Notes: generated by a model not told the origin, from the sequence alone. Counted from the first letter of the whole stretch, positions 1 to 12,665 are shown. The stretch: 63,442 nucleotides of DNA, filler included, from Chiloscyllium plagiosum (GCF_004010195.1; 4 parts of one record of this genome joined end to end with filler, not necessarily neighbours in it); one strand, 5' to 3'. Translations and numbers: made by a program.

Positions 1-123
1 ATGAAGGGCTTTTGCCCAAAACGTCGATTTTGCCTGTCCTCGGATGCTGCCTGAATTGCTGTGCTCTTCCAGCACCACTGATCCAGAATCTGGTTTCCAG
101 CATCTGCAGTCATTGTTTTTACC
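1..123 (+). mobile_element. Penelope-like pseudo-LTR (family B) fragment with degenerate hammerhead motif, cut by window edge
   Basis: ATGAAGGGCTTTTGCCCAAAACGTCG...CAGCATCTGCAGTCATTGTTTTTACC; matches copies at 25.3, 30.5, 49.6 and 56.0 kb. Confidence 0.8.
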
Positions 124-772
124 TATATGGAGGATAGTGGGCTAGTGTAGGTTAGGTGGGCTTCGATCGGCGCAACATCGAGGACCGAATGGCCTGTACT
201 GCGCTGTATTCTTCTATGTTCTATGTTCTATGTAAAATACTTGGAATATTGTGTACAGTTCTGGTTGCCATATTTCAGGAAGAAAGTGGAAGCATTGGAA
301 AAGGTGCAGAGGAGATTTACCAGGATGTTGCCTGGTCTGGAGGGAAGGTCTTATGAGGAAAGACTGAGAGACTTGGGTCTGTTCTGATTGGAAAGAAGAA
401 GGGTAAGAGGGGATTTGATAGAGACATACAGGATGATCAGAGGATTAGATAGGGTAGACAGTGAAAGTCTTTTTCCTAGGATGATGACGTCAGCGTGTAC
501 GAGGGGGCATAATCACAAATTAAGGGGTGATAGATTTAAGACAGATGTCAGAGGCAGGTTCTTTACTCAGAGAGTGGTAAGGGTGTGGATTGCCCCACCT
601 GCTAATGTAGTCAACTCAGCCACATTAGGGAGATTTAAACAATCCTTAGATAAGCACATGGATGATAATGGGATAGTGTAGGGGGACAAGCTGAGAATAG
701 TTCACAGGTCGGCGCAACATCGAGGGCCAAAGGGCCTGTTCTGCGTTGTATTGTTCTATGTTCTATGTTCTA
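124..772 (+). mobile_element. CR1/HER1 LINE 3' ends (two adjacent tails)
   Basis: ORF 388-681 ERRRVRGDLIETY...TRGH...FFTQRVV is the CR1 ORF2 C-terminus; (TTCTATG)n tails at about 212-232 and 754-771. Confidence 0.92.
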
Positions 773-1335
773 AGGTGCACTTCGGGACAGGCAGCAGCGA
801 AAGTGGCCGAGCTATGTTCGATACCCATAGGGAGGGCCTCAACTGGGACTTTGGGTTCATGTCACACTACAGGTGACCCCATTGCACTATACACACACAG
901 ACAGTCCTACACACGCGCACACACACACATATACTCTCTCTCACAGACACTCACAACGCCACCCCCCACCCCACAAACACACACACACATGCATGCATAC
1001 ACATACAAGTTTGTGGGGTGAATTTGTACTTACACGGTTACGTTGTATTTTGCTCAAAAATTGCATGAATCCATGTAAGATTCTGTTAATTCATCTTTTA
1101 GATTAGAATCAGTCTAAACATTATGGCACAGACAGCAGCACAGAGGGGTGCTAATACCCAATACATTATCTGGGCTGACACCAATTGTTAAAGTTCACTT
1201 GAGAATGTAACTTTTTAAATAAAGTTTTGAAATTTACATATGAAAGAAATGAAACTATCATGGTCATTCTCACAGATGAGAAACTTAACAAACAATATTT
1301 TTCAATGTATAATTTCAGTTACATCACACTGTAAC
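773..1335 (+). mobile_element. Penelope-like element family A, 3' fragment with CA-rich tract
   Basis: Homologous to 11735-12500 (GGGACAGGCA...CA microsatellite...TTTTGCTCAAAAA). Confidence 0.8.
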
Positions 1336-1339
1336 TGAA

Positions 1340-2600
1340 AGCCCCTGGTAGCTATCCATGCTGCAAACTCACCTACCTTATTTCGGATACTTCTGGCATT
1401 GAAGTTTATACACTTCAAACCAGTTTGCTGTCTCCCAGCACATTCCTGTGACCCTGAAATCCTGTCCCTGTCCTTCCTACTCTCATCCTCCTGTGCACTG
1501 CAACTACACCTCAGGTTCCCATTTACCCTGCTGAGCTAGTTTAAACCCAGCAGAATAGCATCAGCAAATTTCCCACCCAGGATATTAGTACCCCTCTGGT
1601 TCAAGTGAAGACCGTCCTGTTTGTACAAGTCCCACCTTCCCCAGAATGAGCCCCAATTATCCAAGAACCTGAAACCCTCCCTCCTGCACCATCCTTGCAG
1701 CCACGTGTTCAGCTGATCTCTCTCCCTATTCCTTGCCTCGCTATCACGTGGCACGGGTAACAAACCAGAGACAACAACTCTGTTNNNNNNNNNNNNNNNN
1801 NNNNNNNNNNNNNNNNNNNNNNNNNNNNNNNNNNNNNNNNNNNNNNNNNNNNNNNNNNNNNNNNNNNNNNNNNNNNNNNNNNNNNNNNNNNNNNNNNNNN
1901 NNNNNNNNNNNNNNNNNNNNNNNNNNNNNNNNNNNNNNNNNNNNNNNNNNNNNNNNNNNNNNNNNNNNNNNNNNNNNNNNNNNNNNNNNNNNNNNNNNNN
2001 NNNNNNNNNNNNNNNNNNNNNNNNNNNNNNNNNNNNNNNNNNNNNNNNNNNNNNNNNNNNNNNNNNNNNNNNNNNNNNNNNNNNNNNNNNNNNNNNNNNN
2101 NNNNNNNNNNNNNNNNNNNNNNNNNNNNNNNNNNNNNNNNNNNNNNNNNNNNNNNNNNNNNNNNNNNNNNNNNNNNNNNNNNNNNNNNNNNNNNNNNNNN
2201 NNNNNNNNNNNNNNNNNNNNNNNNNNNNNNNNNNNNNNNNNNNNNNNNNNNNNNNNNNNNNNNNNNNNNNNNNTGTAACTCTTATCTATCACAGCCTCTG
2301 CCTCCCGAATGATCCGAAGTTCATCCAGCTCCCTCTCCAGTTCCCTAACACGGTCTTGGAGGAGCGAGAGTTGGGTACACCTCCTGCAGATGTACTTGGG
2401 TGGGACATTAATGGTGTCCCTCACCTCAAACATCATGCAGGAGGAACATTGCCCTCCCTGCACTGCCATCACTGCTGGTCCCCTTATCAGAAAGTAAAAA
2501 CGAAGAGACACTCACTTGATATGTCCCTGGTCTTTCAGGTTCGAGGAGGTGGTTGGTAGGCCCTACAAGGGTAGGGTCTTGGGTTGAGAAAACACTAACT
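1340..2600 (-). mobile_element. CR1 LINE 5' end: ORF1 (CxxC..CxxC, coiled coil, SGNH esterase) and start of ORF2; interrupted by a gap
   Basis: MAVQGGQCSSC...CRRC..LQDRVRELERELDEL; C-terminal ...DGLHLNQRGTN; followed by LKCINFNARSIRNK (APE start). Confidence 0.9.
1785..2273. other. Assembly gap (489 N)
   Basis: Run of N inside CR1 ORF1. Confidence 1.
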
Positions 2601-2629
2601 TCTATAGTGTTTTCTCAAATACTTCTAAC

Positions 2630-4100
2630 ATTTCTGCCAGAGGAAACAGTCTCTGGCTATCCACTCTATCTACGCCTCTCAACATCTTATACACCTCTAC
2701 CAAGTCACCTCTCATCCTTCTTCTCTCCAGTAAGAAAAGCCCTAGCTCCCTCAACTTTTCTTCATAAGACATGCCCTCCAGTCCAGGCAGCACCCTGGTA
2801 AATCTCCTCTGCACCCTCTCTAAAGTTTCCACATCCTTCCTATAATGAGGCGACCAGAACTGAACACAATATTCCAAGTGTGGTCTAACAAGGGCTTTAT
2901 TGAGCTGCAGCATAACCTTTCGACTCTTAAACTCAATCCCCCTGTTAATGAAAGCCAACACACCATACACTTTCTTAACAACCCGATCAACCTGGTGGCA
3001 ACTTTGAGGGATCTATGGATATGGACGCCAAACTCCCTCTGTTTCTCCACACTGCCAAGAATCCTGCCTTTAACCCCATATCCTGCATTCAAATTCAACC
3101 TTCCAAAATGAACAACTTCACACTTTTCCAGGTTGAACTCCATCTGCCACTTCTCAGCCCAGTTCTGCACCCTGCCAATGTCCCAATGCAACCCACAATG
3201 GCCTTCCACACTATCCATAACTCCACACTCTCCATAACTTTGTGTCACCGTGTCAACTTACCAACCCACCCTTCCACTTCCTCTTCCAAGTCAGGTATAC
3301 AAATTACAAACAGCAGAGATCTCATAACCGATCCATGTGGGACACCACTGGTTACCAAGCTCTAGACTGAATACTTTCCATCAACACCACACTCTGTCTT
3401 CTATGGGCCAGCCAATTCTGTATCCAGACCGACAGGTTTCCCTGTATCCCATGCCTCCTTACTTTCTGAATGAGCCTACCTATCAAACACCTTGTTAAAA
3501 TCCATGTACACCACATCCACTGCTCTACCTTCATCAATGTGTTTTGTCACATCCTCAATTCAATAAGCTTTGTGAGGCATGACCTTCCCCTTACAGAGCC
3601 ATGCTGACTATCTCTAATCAAACTAGGGTTTTCCAAATAATCATAAATCCTGTCTCTTAGAATCTTCTCCAGTACTTTGCCCACCACCGATGTAAGACTG
3701 ACTGGTCTAGAATTCCCAGGATTATCCCTATTCCCTTTCTTGAACAAGGGAATAACATTTGCCACTCTTCAATCATCTGGTACTACTCCAGTGGACAATG
3801 AAGATGCAAAGATCATTGCTAAAGGCAGAGCAATCTCTTCACTCACCTCTTGTAGTAAGATAGGGTATATCCTGTCTGGCACAGAGAACTCATCTATCCT
3901 TATGTTTTTCAAAATTTTCAGCATATCCTCCTCCTTAACATCAACCTATTCTAACATATCAGGCTGTTTCACATTGTCCTCAGAAACATGAAGGTCCCTC
4001 TCAGTAGTTAATACTGAAGCAAAGTATTCATTAAGGACCTCCCTTACATCCTCTGACTCCAGATGCAAGTTCCCTCCATTATCCCTCATTGGCCTCTTGA
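2630..4100 (-). mobile_element. CR1 LINE ORF2 RT fragment, frameshifted
   Basis: ANVIPLFKKGNRDNPGN.RPVSLTSVVGK; LVRPHLEYCVQFWSP. Confidence 0.93.
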
Positions 4101-5625
4101 CTAGATGTTCCACATCTCTTGCCTTAGTGGGACAAACCTGCCCTGACAACATGCTAGCAATAGTACCAAAGACTTGTGCTCCAGAACTTGTCACTCCCCT
4201 AGCCAAGCTATTCCAGTATAGTTAAAACACTGGTATCTACCTGATAATGTAGAAAATTGCCCAGGTAAATCCTTTAGGTAAAAAGCAGGACAAATCAAAC
4301 CCGGCCAAGTACCGTGCCATCAGTCTACTCTCTATCATCAGTCAAGTGATGGAAGGTGTCATCAACAGTGCTGCCAGGCAGCACCTGCTCAGTGATGCCC
4401 AGTTTGGTTCTGCCAGGACCACTCAACTCCTGACCCCATTACAGTTTTGTTTCAAACATGGACAAAAGAGCTGAATTCCAGAGGGGAGATGAGAGTCGGC
4501 GAGACTCTTCAGAGGGTCCATGTGGAGTTGTTGGGCCGAAGAGTCTGTTTCCACACTGTAGGGGGTTCTATGAGTGACAGCCCTTGACATCAAGGCTGCA
4601 TTCGACTGAGCATGTGTTCAAGGAGCCCAGGCAAAGCTAGAATCAGTGGGTGTTGGGGGCAAAGTCTCTACTGGCTGGAAATCATACCCGGCACATAGGA
4701 AGATGGGCATCATTATTAGAGGTCTCAGGTCCAGGATATATCTGCAGGAGTTCCTCAGACTAGTGTCCTGGGCCCAACCATCTTCAGCTGCTTCATCAGT
4801 AACTGTCATATGGACAGGAGTAGAGATATTCATCAATGATTGCACAATGTTCAGCATAATTCGTGACTCCTCAGATACTGAAACGATCCATGTTCAACTG
4901 CAACATGATCTGAAAATATCCAGGCTTGGACTGATAGAGCAACTAACATCTGCACCATATAATTGCCAGGCAATGACCATCTCCAGTAAGAGATAATCTA
5001 ATCACTGCCCCTTGAAATTTAGTAATGTTACCATCACTGAATCTCCACTAGCAACATGCTGGGGGTTGACACCATCCAGGACAAAACAGCCCCCTTGATT
5101 AGCTTCACATTCGTAAACATTGCGTCCCTCCACCAACAATGCTCAGTAGCTATCTTTAAGATGCACTGCAGAAATTCACCAAAGATCCTCAGGCACTCAC
5201 GACCACTTAAATCTAGAAAGACAAGATCAGTAGGTCCATGGGAACACTGCCACCATCTTTACAACCACCTGATGAAGGAGCAGCGCTCCAAAAGCTAGTA
5301 CTTCAAAAAACCCTTCTGGACTATAACCTGGTGTTGTGTAATTTTTAACTTAGTCCACCCCAGTCCAACACCAGCACCTCCAAATCATGAGTACCATCTT
5401 CGAGATCCCCTTCAAATCACTCACCATCCTTACTTGGAAATATGTTGCTGTTCCTTCAGTGTCACTGGGTCAAAATCCTGGAATCCCCTTCCTAAGGGGA
5501 TAGTGGGCCTACCTGCAGCATATGGTCTGCAGCAGCTTAACACCACTTTCTCAAGGGCAACTAGGGAGGAGTAATTAATGCTGGCCAGCCAGCAACACCT
5601 ATATCCCACCAGAGAATTAAAAAAA
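4100..5625 (+). mobile_element. Decayed CR1-group LINE of a second lineage (RT to 3' tail), with nested inserts
   Basis: KTCAPEL..PLAKLFQYS...WKIAQV.P..KKQDKSNPA.YR.ISLLSIIS-like sequence; tail GGGCAACTAGGGA...AATGCTGGCCAGCCAGC also at about 13.6-13.8, 31.4-31.7 and 56.2-56.5 kb. Confidence 0.8.
5258..5390 (+). mobile_element. Penelope pseudo-LTR family A insert (hammerhead with GAAA>AAAA)
   Basis: CACCTGATGAAGGAGCAGCGCTCCAAAAGCTAGT...CTATAACCTGGTGTTGTG. Confidence 0.85.
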
Positions 5626-6037
5626 AGACCCTGATGTGGAGGATAGTAAGAATGGACATCTTATTGGAAGCCCTATAGACCAAGGCACCTTTCCAAGTGA
5701 TCTGACATCTCTATAATTAATGTAGTTCAATTTGCTCATGCTTAAGGTAAAGCTTCAATTCTTTCCACTCCACACTGTCAATGATCCTGTTCGCACAGAT
5801 CCAGCACTTTGCTATTCAGTCCCCCCAGTTTTTGTAGCTGTATAGGAAACTATCCTGAGATAACTTTGGTTTTTGAAATGCCAGAAGCAGAATCCAGTGG
5901 AAAATATTGATATTTGCTTCCTACAACCCCTCTTTCAGGTGCCTCATGATCACCTTCCCCATAAGTACATTTACTGCTCAATAGTAACCAATCAATGTCA
6001 GTGTTAAAAAGCATGGTTGAGCTGTGCTGACATTTAC

Positions 6038-6084
6038 CTCACTGCTGCTTCACATGTGCCGGCTGCTTCCTTCAGGTCATTCAA
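6038..6084 (-). CDS. Candidate 47-nt coding exon (LNDLKEAAGTCEAAV+), unidentified gene
   Basis: Strong acceptor ctctctcttttcttgttctcAG; donor GAG|GTAAAT; only phase 0 is open; non-repeat context. Confidence 0.55.
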
Positions 6085-7394
6085 CTGAGAACAAGAAAAG
6101 AGAGAGTGGTTTAAAACAATTATGAAGTCTCGAATGATCTCAAGTTATCCCAAAATGCTCTACAGTCAATGAAGAAGTGCAGTTACTATTATAATGTGAA
6201 ACTGTTTCAATGACTTTGATTATTGAAGGCTCCCACAGTAATGGGATAATGTCCAGAGAATCTGATTCTGTGACGCTGGTTACAGAATAGATACTGGCTC
6301 TGACAATGGGCATGACTCCCTTGTCCTTCTTTGAAATATTGTGACCAGATATCCCTCATGGATCAGAATGGGCCAATAGAGTCTTGCTTTCAACATTTCA
6401 TCCAATAGACAGCATTTCCAACAGTGTGGTGCTCCACTGGTAAAGGAGGAGTACTTGAACAGATGCCCGTCAGAGATGTGGATCTAAATATGCAATGGCA
6501 AGCATTATTTATTAACAATTCCAAATCAAACAGTTGGCACTTCTCCAATAAACATCTCATTGAATGCATTGTACAGGAAATGCACGAAACACCGCAGGAA
6601 ATACCTCTCTGCGTGGCTCCACACTTAAGTTGGGTCTGTGCAAGGCTTTCAGGAAGATAAATACTGAAAACCAAACGTTCGTACTTTACTTACATTTATG
6701 CATATGCTCACAACTAGAGCTCTTTAGTAAGGACTTTTTTCAGATTGAGCATTGGTCATTTTGACATCTAGATAAAAACAGGAATTATACACTCTGCAAG
6801 CAGTGGGATTTATCTTTTCTAAGTTCCGAATTGAATGTTGATTTTAAGAAGATATGTTCAGATGTAAAAGGGATACCATCTGAATAATACATAGAGAAAG
6901 TTCATGCTGTGTGATGTTCTGTAAGATATCCATTCGAAGCAATCGATAAGTTTTACTTTATAGGAATCTCAGCCAGTTAATAGATGTATATCTAGTCCCT
7001 AACTCTCATTGCTTATTACCAAATAAACAAATTCCTTATTATAAATAGCAAGGTTTGCTTGTAATACACTTCCACAGGCGACAACATTATTATCAGCAGT
7101 TTACAATCCCATTCTTCTTCTAAAAAAGCATCAAATGGAAAACTATAGATAATGCTGAGATAACAGCTGGAAGCCTCCTCAGACATTTGATCTTCAAAAT
7201 GAAAGAAAGCAAATGAAAGAAAGAAAGAAAGACACAGGAAGCCTGTGGTTAGTTGCTTTGAACTGTCCTCCCTAAATATTTTAAGAGAAGGGGCTATCGT
7301 GAAATTAAATGTTTTTCCAAACAAGGATGGAACTTTAGCACTTAACCATACCATTGCTTTATTGCTTCTTGCTTAAGATTTGGTACAACCTTAA

Positions 7395-8820
7395 GAATAC
7401 AGCTACAGAAACAAAGGTTGTTGAGGAAGGTTTGTCTACTGAGTCAGTATGGGTGGAAGTTAGGAACAGCAAGGGAGCAGCCATCTCATTGGGGGTTTTC
7501 TACAGACCCACTAATAGCAGTAGAGAGATTGAAGATCTCATGGGCGGGCAGATTCTGGAAAAATGCAGAAGTAGCAGGGTTGTTGTTATGGGTGATTTCA
7601 ACTTACCCAATATCAACTGGAACCTCCTAAGTGCAGATGGTTTGGATGGAGCCAATTTTGTCAGGTGTGTTCAGGAGGGTTTCCTTACTCAGTATATAGA
7701 CAGACCGACGAGGGGAGAGGCCGTTTTGGATTTGGTGCTCAGCAACGAGCCTGCACGGGTGTCAGATCTCATGGTGGGAGAGGACTTTGGTGAAAGTGAT
7801 CACAACTGCCTCACATTTAGCATAAGAAGGGCTCATGCCCGAAACATCGATTCTCCTGCTCCTTGGATGCTGCCTGACCTGCTGCGCTTTTCCAGCAACA
7901 CATTTTCAGCTCTGATCTCCAGCATCTTCAGTCCTCACTTTCCCCTCACATTTAGCATAGCCTTGGAGAGTGAAAGGAGCAGTTACCAAGGGAAGATATT
8001 TAATTGGGGAAAAGGAAATTATGATGCTATCAGACAGGAGTTGGGAAGTACAGACTGGGAGCAATTGTTCCACAGAAAGGGCACAGCAGACATGTGGAGA
8101 CTATTTAAGGAGCAGTTGTTGTGAGTGATGCACAAATTTGTTCCTCTGAGACAGGTAAGAAGGGGTAATGAGAACAGAGGAGCTTCTCATCAAAAGGAAG
8201 AAGGCAGCTTATGTAAGATGGAGGAAGCAAGGATCTAGCACAGCTTTAGAGGATTACAGGCTTGTTAGAAAGGAGCTCAGAAATGGACTGAGGAGAGCCA
8301 GGAGGGAGCACGAAAAAGGCTTGACAAGAAGAATTAGGGAGAACCTAAAGGCATTTTACTCATACATGAGGAATAAGAGAATGATCAGGGAGAAGGTAGG
8401 GCCGATCAAGGATAGCAGAGGGAACTTGTGCATGAAGTCTGAGCAGATAGGGTTTCACTAAGGAAAGGGACCTTGTTGTAAATGAAAACTTAGAGGAGTT
8501 GGGATACAGTCTTAATCAGGTGAAGATTGATGAAGTTGATGTGCTGGAAAGTTTGGAAAACATAAAGATTGATAAGTCCCCAGGGCCAGACCAGATTTAC
8601 CCTAGGCTGCTCCGGGAAGCGAGAAAGGAGGTTGCTAGCTGCTGGTGATGATATTTGCTTCCTCACTCTCCACGGGATTCATACCGGAGGATTGGAAGGA
8701 GGCAAATGTTGTTCCTCTTTTCAAGAAGGGTAATAGGGAAATCGCTGGTAATAACAGACCAGTCAGTCTTATATCTGTGGTCAGCAAAGTTTTGGAAAGA
8801 ATTCTGAGGGATAGGATTTA
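7395..8820 (+). mobile_element. CR1 LINE ORF2 (APE endonuclease to RT start)
   Basis: GVFYRP, VVVMGDFN.P.INW, RPTRGEAVLDLVL, SDHN; ends at RILRDRI. Confidence 0.95.
7825..7943 (+). mobile_element. Penelope pseudo-LTR (family B) mini-insert with 16-bp target duplication
   Basis: CCTCACATTTAGCATA at 7809-7824 and 7944-7959. Confidence 0.9.
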
Positions 8821-9372
8821 GGGTGGGATACGTTTTGGCGCCGATCATTTGGCCCTGCTGTTTTGGCTTAAATAGTTTTGGCGCTCATTACTTTGGCGCT
8901 GAGCTGTTTTGGCACCAATTCTAAATTAAAAAAAAGTCTTGTTTGGTTAAAGAAGAGAGGATGACTAACGATCCAGTGTAATTTTCTCAACTAGCAAGAG
9001 TTGATAGTCAAAGCTGTAATGACCCGCTGTAGATTCAAATCCCGTTTTGTAATCATTTTCTCATTTAACAATTGTTAATAGTCATCTACTGCCTTGATGC
9101 TACTTAAGCCCTTCTGTCTTCACATTGGAAAGCTGTAATACAATTCTCTTTCTGTTTGCTTGTAGAGCCCATCCCAGAAATGGCTGGAAACATTCTAAGC
9201 AAGAGAGACAAACCAACATTTTCACACGATGGTTATCTATATGTGTTTGATAAATGTAGCAAAATGTAGCAATTCGTTTTTATAATGAATAGGTTCAAAA
9301 TAATGAATAAAAAAGAATTAGTTTTATTTCTTACAATGCAATAGAAACAAATTTCTTACGGACTCTACAAGA
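8821..9372 (+). mobile_element. Mutator-like (FLYWCH-MULE) DNA transposon left-end fragment
   Basis: Six TTTGGC(GC) subterminal repeats at 8833-8916; acceptor ending 9165; 9180-9269 encodes MAGNILSKRDKPTFSHDGYLYVFDKCSK, resembling the N-terminal half of a FLYWCH finger. Confidence 0.6.
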
Positions 9373-9942
9373 CTTATAAAGGAGACATCAGAGGTAGGTT
9401 CTTTACGCAGAGAGTTGTGAATGCATGGAATGTGTTGCCAGCGGTGGTGGTGGAAGCAGAGACATTGCGGACATTTAAGCAACTGCTGGACATGCACATG
9501 GTTAGCAATGAGTTGAGGGGTGCGTAGGTTAACTTATTATATTTTAATTAGGATTAAACCTCGGCACAACATTGTTCTTTTTTTTTAGATTAGATTCCCT
9601 ACAGTGTGGAAATAGGCCCTTCGGCCCAACAAGTCCACACCGACCCTCCGAAGAGCAACCCACCCAGACCCATTCCCCTACATTTACCCCTGACTAATGC
9701 ACCTAACACTACGGGCAATTTAGCACCTGACCTGCACATCTTTGTGACTGTGGGAGGAAACCGGAGCACCCGGAGGAAACCCACGCAGACACGGGGAGAA
9801 CGTGCAAAGTCCACACAGACAGTCGCCCAAGGTTGGAATCGAACCTGGGACCCTGGTGCTGTGAGGCAGCAGTGCTAGCCACTGAGCCACAATTATTTAA
9901 CTCTGTGCTGTACTTTTCTATGTTCTATGTTTTATGTTCTAT
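9373..9942 (+). mobile_element. CR1 3' end interrupted by an HE1 SINE
   Basis: YKGDIRGRFFTQRVVNAWN; (TTCTATG)n tail at 9917-9942. Confidence 0.9.
9585..9890 (-). mobile_element. HE1 tRNA-derived SINE
   Basis: Reverse complement begins GTGGCTCAGTGGCTAGCACTGCTGCCTCACAG (A box), has GGTTCGATTCC (B box) and a (TCTAA)n tail. Confidence 0.93.
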
Positions 9943-10434
9943 TTAGTAATACAAAGAAAAAAATTATAAATCCTAAAAGAAACTAAACAAAAACCACTTG
10001 AAGTGAATGACAGGTCAAAGTCAGAAGTATTACAACAGATTATAGTTTTCGGTGAGGTTCATTATTTAAGTTATAACATGTACAAAAAAGTATATAGTTA
10101 TGTTCACCTGACACAGAATCAAGTAGAGTTGAAAACATTAGAATTCCATTGCACAAGGAGGAATCTCAAGTCACCTCTCTTCAATGGACACAGAACTATT
10201 GAGAAATCAACATGTGATCATAACCTTGCCATTGATATGGCTTCCTATATACATACTCTATAGATAAACCTGTACTCCACATATTTCCAAGTCTTTGTCT
10301 TTATAAAATCTATGCTCACCCTACATCTCTTTCCAGTGTCATTGTTAACAGTGATAATCCTTGTGATGGTTTCACCAGTCCTTCCGATCTAACAGAAACT
10401 TTTCTTTGATGTTGTAGAGCATATGTAATAGAAT

Positions 10435-12665
10435 CATGATTTGGACTGGGGTGGACAAAGTTAAAAATTACACAACACCAGGTTATAGTCCAACATGTTT
10501 ATTTGGAAGCACTAACTTTCAGAGCGCTGCTCCTTCATCAGGCGCTTGTGGAGTATAAGATCATATGACACAGAATTTATAGCAAAAGATTACAGTGTGA
10601 TGCCACTGAAATGATATGTTGGAAAAAAAATGGATTGTTTGTTCAGTCTTTCATTTTTTAGAATGACCATTTTAGTTTCAGTTCTTTCATATGTGAATCC
10701 TAGAGCTTTTTTAAAGATTACATTCTCAAGTGAATTTTAACCATAGGTGCCATCTCAGCTCAGATACTGCATTGAAGGTGTGGGGTTAAAGTCTGTCTGG
10801 ACCCAAGGTGAGGAGTCACTGAAACAACTACACTGTGATATCAACAAGTTTCATCCCATCATCAAATTCACCATGGATTACTCTTTAGTATCTGTCTCAT
10901 TCTTGGACACATGCATTTCCATCAAGGATGGAAACATCAGCATCTCACTCTACCGCAAACCCACGGATAACCTCACAATGCTACACTTCTCCAGCTTCCA
11001 CCTGAAACATTTTTAAACAGCCATCCTCTATGGACAAGCCCTATGCATACACAGGATCTGTTCAGATGAGGAGGAACGTGATGGACACTTGGAAGGACTC
11101 AAGGATGCCAACTTAAGAATGAAGTACGATGATCAACTCATCGATCGCCAGTTCTGGCGTGCCACAGTGAGAAACCGTAATGACGTCCTCAGGAGAAAGA
11201 CATGAGTTACAACCAATTGGGTACCTTTCATTGTCCAGTACTTCTCGGCACCCAAAAACCTACACCATATTCTTCGCAGCCTGAACGCATTATCAACGAG
11301 GATGAGCACCTTGCCAAGACCTTATCCACACCTCCACTTCTCACCTTTAAACAACCACCAAACCTCAAACAGATCTTTGTTCACTGCAAACTGCCCGGAC
11401 TTCAGGACAATATCATACAACCCTGTCATGACAGATGCTGCAAGACATATCAGAATGTTGACACGGATACCACCATTACAAGTGGGGACACCACTCCTGA
11501 TGTACACAATAGGTACTCATGTGACTCAGCCAAAGTGGTCTATCTCATAAGCTACAGGCAAGGATGCCCTGAGACATGGTACATTGGTGAGACCGAGCAG
11601 AGGCTACGCCAATGGATGAATGGACATCGCACAACAATCAACAGACAGGAGTGTTCCATCCCAGACAGAGAACACTTCAGTGGTCTAGGACTTCAGAGAT
11701 GCTGAATCAAGTCTTCAGGTGACCATCCTCCAAGGTGGACTTTGGGACAGGCAACAATGCAAATTGGCCAAGCAGAGGTTGATAGCTAAGTTCGGTACCC
11801 AGAGGGATGGTCTCAACAGGGACCTTGAGTTCACATCACACTACAGATGACCCACTGTACACTCACACACATACACACACTCACTCCTGCAGAACCACAC
11901 ACTGATGCAGACCCTCTCTCATGCACAAGCTCTCTCTCATATGCACACACGTGCACCCTCCTACACTCACCCCCATGCATGCACCCTCTCACAGGCTTAT
12001 ACCCCATCACACTCATACACGTACTTGACCAAGCTTACACACACACATATACACATTCTTTCACATGCACTCACACCCACACGCATACACTCACATACAC
12101 ACACCCACTCTGTCTCTCCTGCTCGCGCACACATATACGTTTATGTGGCGAATTTGTATTTGCAGAATTACATTTTATTTTGCTCAAAAACTGCATAAAT
12201 CTATGTAAGATTCTGTAAGCCCTGCTTTAGAAATAGAATTGACTCAACATTGGTACAGACTTTACCTGCACGCTTTTAATGCATTGTCTGAGCTGAGATG
12301 ACACCTATTATTAGATAAGCTGACGCTAACTTAACAATGTAATTCTGGGATTTACATGTTAAAGAATCTAAGCCACCATATCCCATTCTAAAAGATGAAA
12401 GACTTAATCTAAATTTGTTTAAGAACTATAACCTGGTGTAGTGTGATTTTTAACGGAAGTTCTTTAATATATCATTACAACTCCATGACACTGTAATCCT
12501 TTTGGTATAAATTCTGTGTCGTATGATCATGTTCCACAATCATCTGATGAAGGAGCAGCGCTCCGAAAGCTAGTGCTTCCAAATAAACCTGTTGGACAAT
12601 AACCTGGGGTTGTGTGATTTTTAACTTTCTCTACCCCAGTCCAACACCGACACCTTCACATCATA
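10435..12665 (+). mobile_element. Penelope-like retroelement (family A): inverted 5' pseudo-LTR, RT C-terminus, Cys-rich linker, GIY-YIG endonuclease, 3' pseudo-LTR; decayed
   Basis: INKFHPIIKFT..SVSFLD..LYRKPTD (PLE RT); SCDSAKVVYLI...WYIGETEQRLRQWMNGHR (GIY-YIG); 10435-10797 is an inverted copy of about 12255-12665. Confidence 0.92.
12541..12575 (+). ncRNA. Minimal type I hammerhead ribozyme motif (family A), intact core
   Basis: CAT-CTGATGA-A-GGAGC-AGC-GCTCC-GAA-AGCT-A-GTG. Confidence 0.75.

Noticed and set aside
1733..2511. Long ORFs containing poly-X
   Set aside because: They read through the N gap; the real parts are CR1 ORF1
7016..7354. 112-aa minus-strand ORF with an internal acceptor-like tract
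   Set aside because: The pyrimidine tract is a (CTTT)n simple repeat and the peptide is not protein-like; no support for exon status
8833..8916. Short regularly spaced repeats as a CRISPR-like array
   Set aside because: Eukaryotic context with 6-10 bp units and very short spacers; fits transposon subterminal repeats
11847..12218. His/Thr-rich ORFs (also 746-1106 and 24096-24775)
   Set aside because: Translations of the CA/TG tract in the Penelope 3' region
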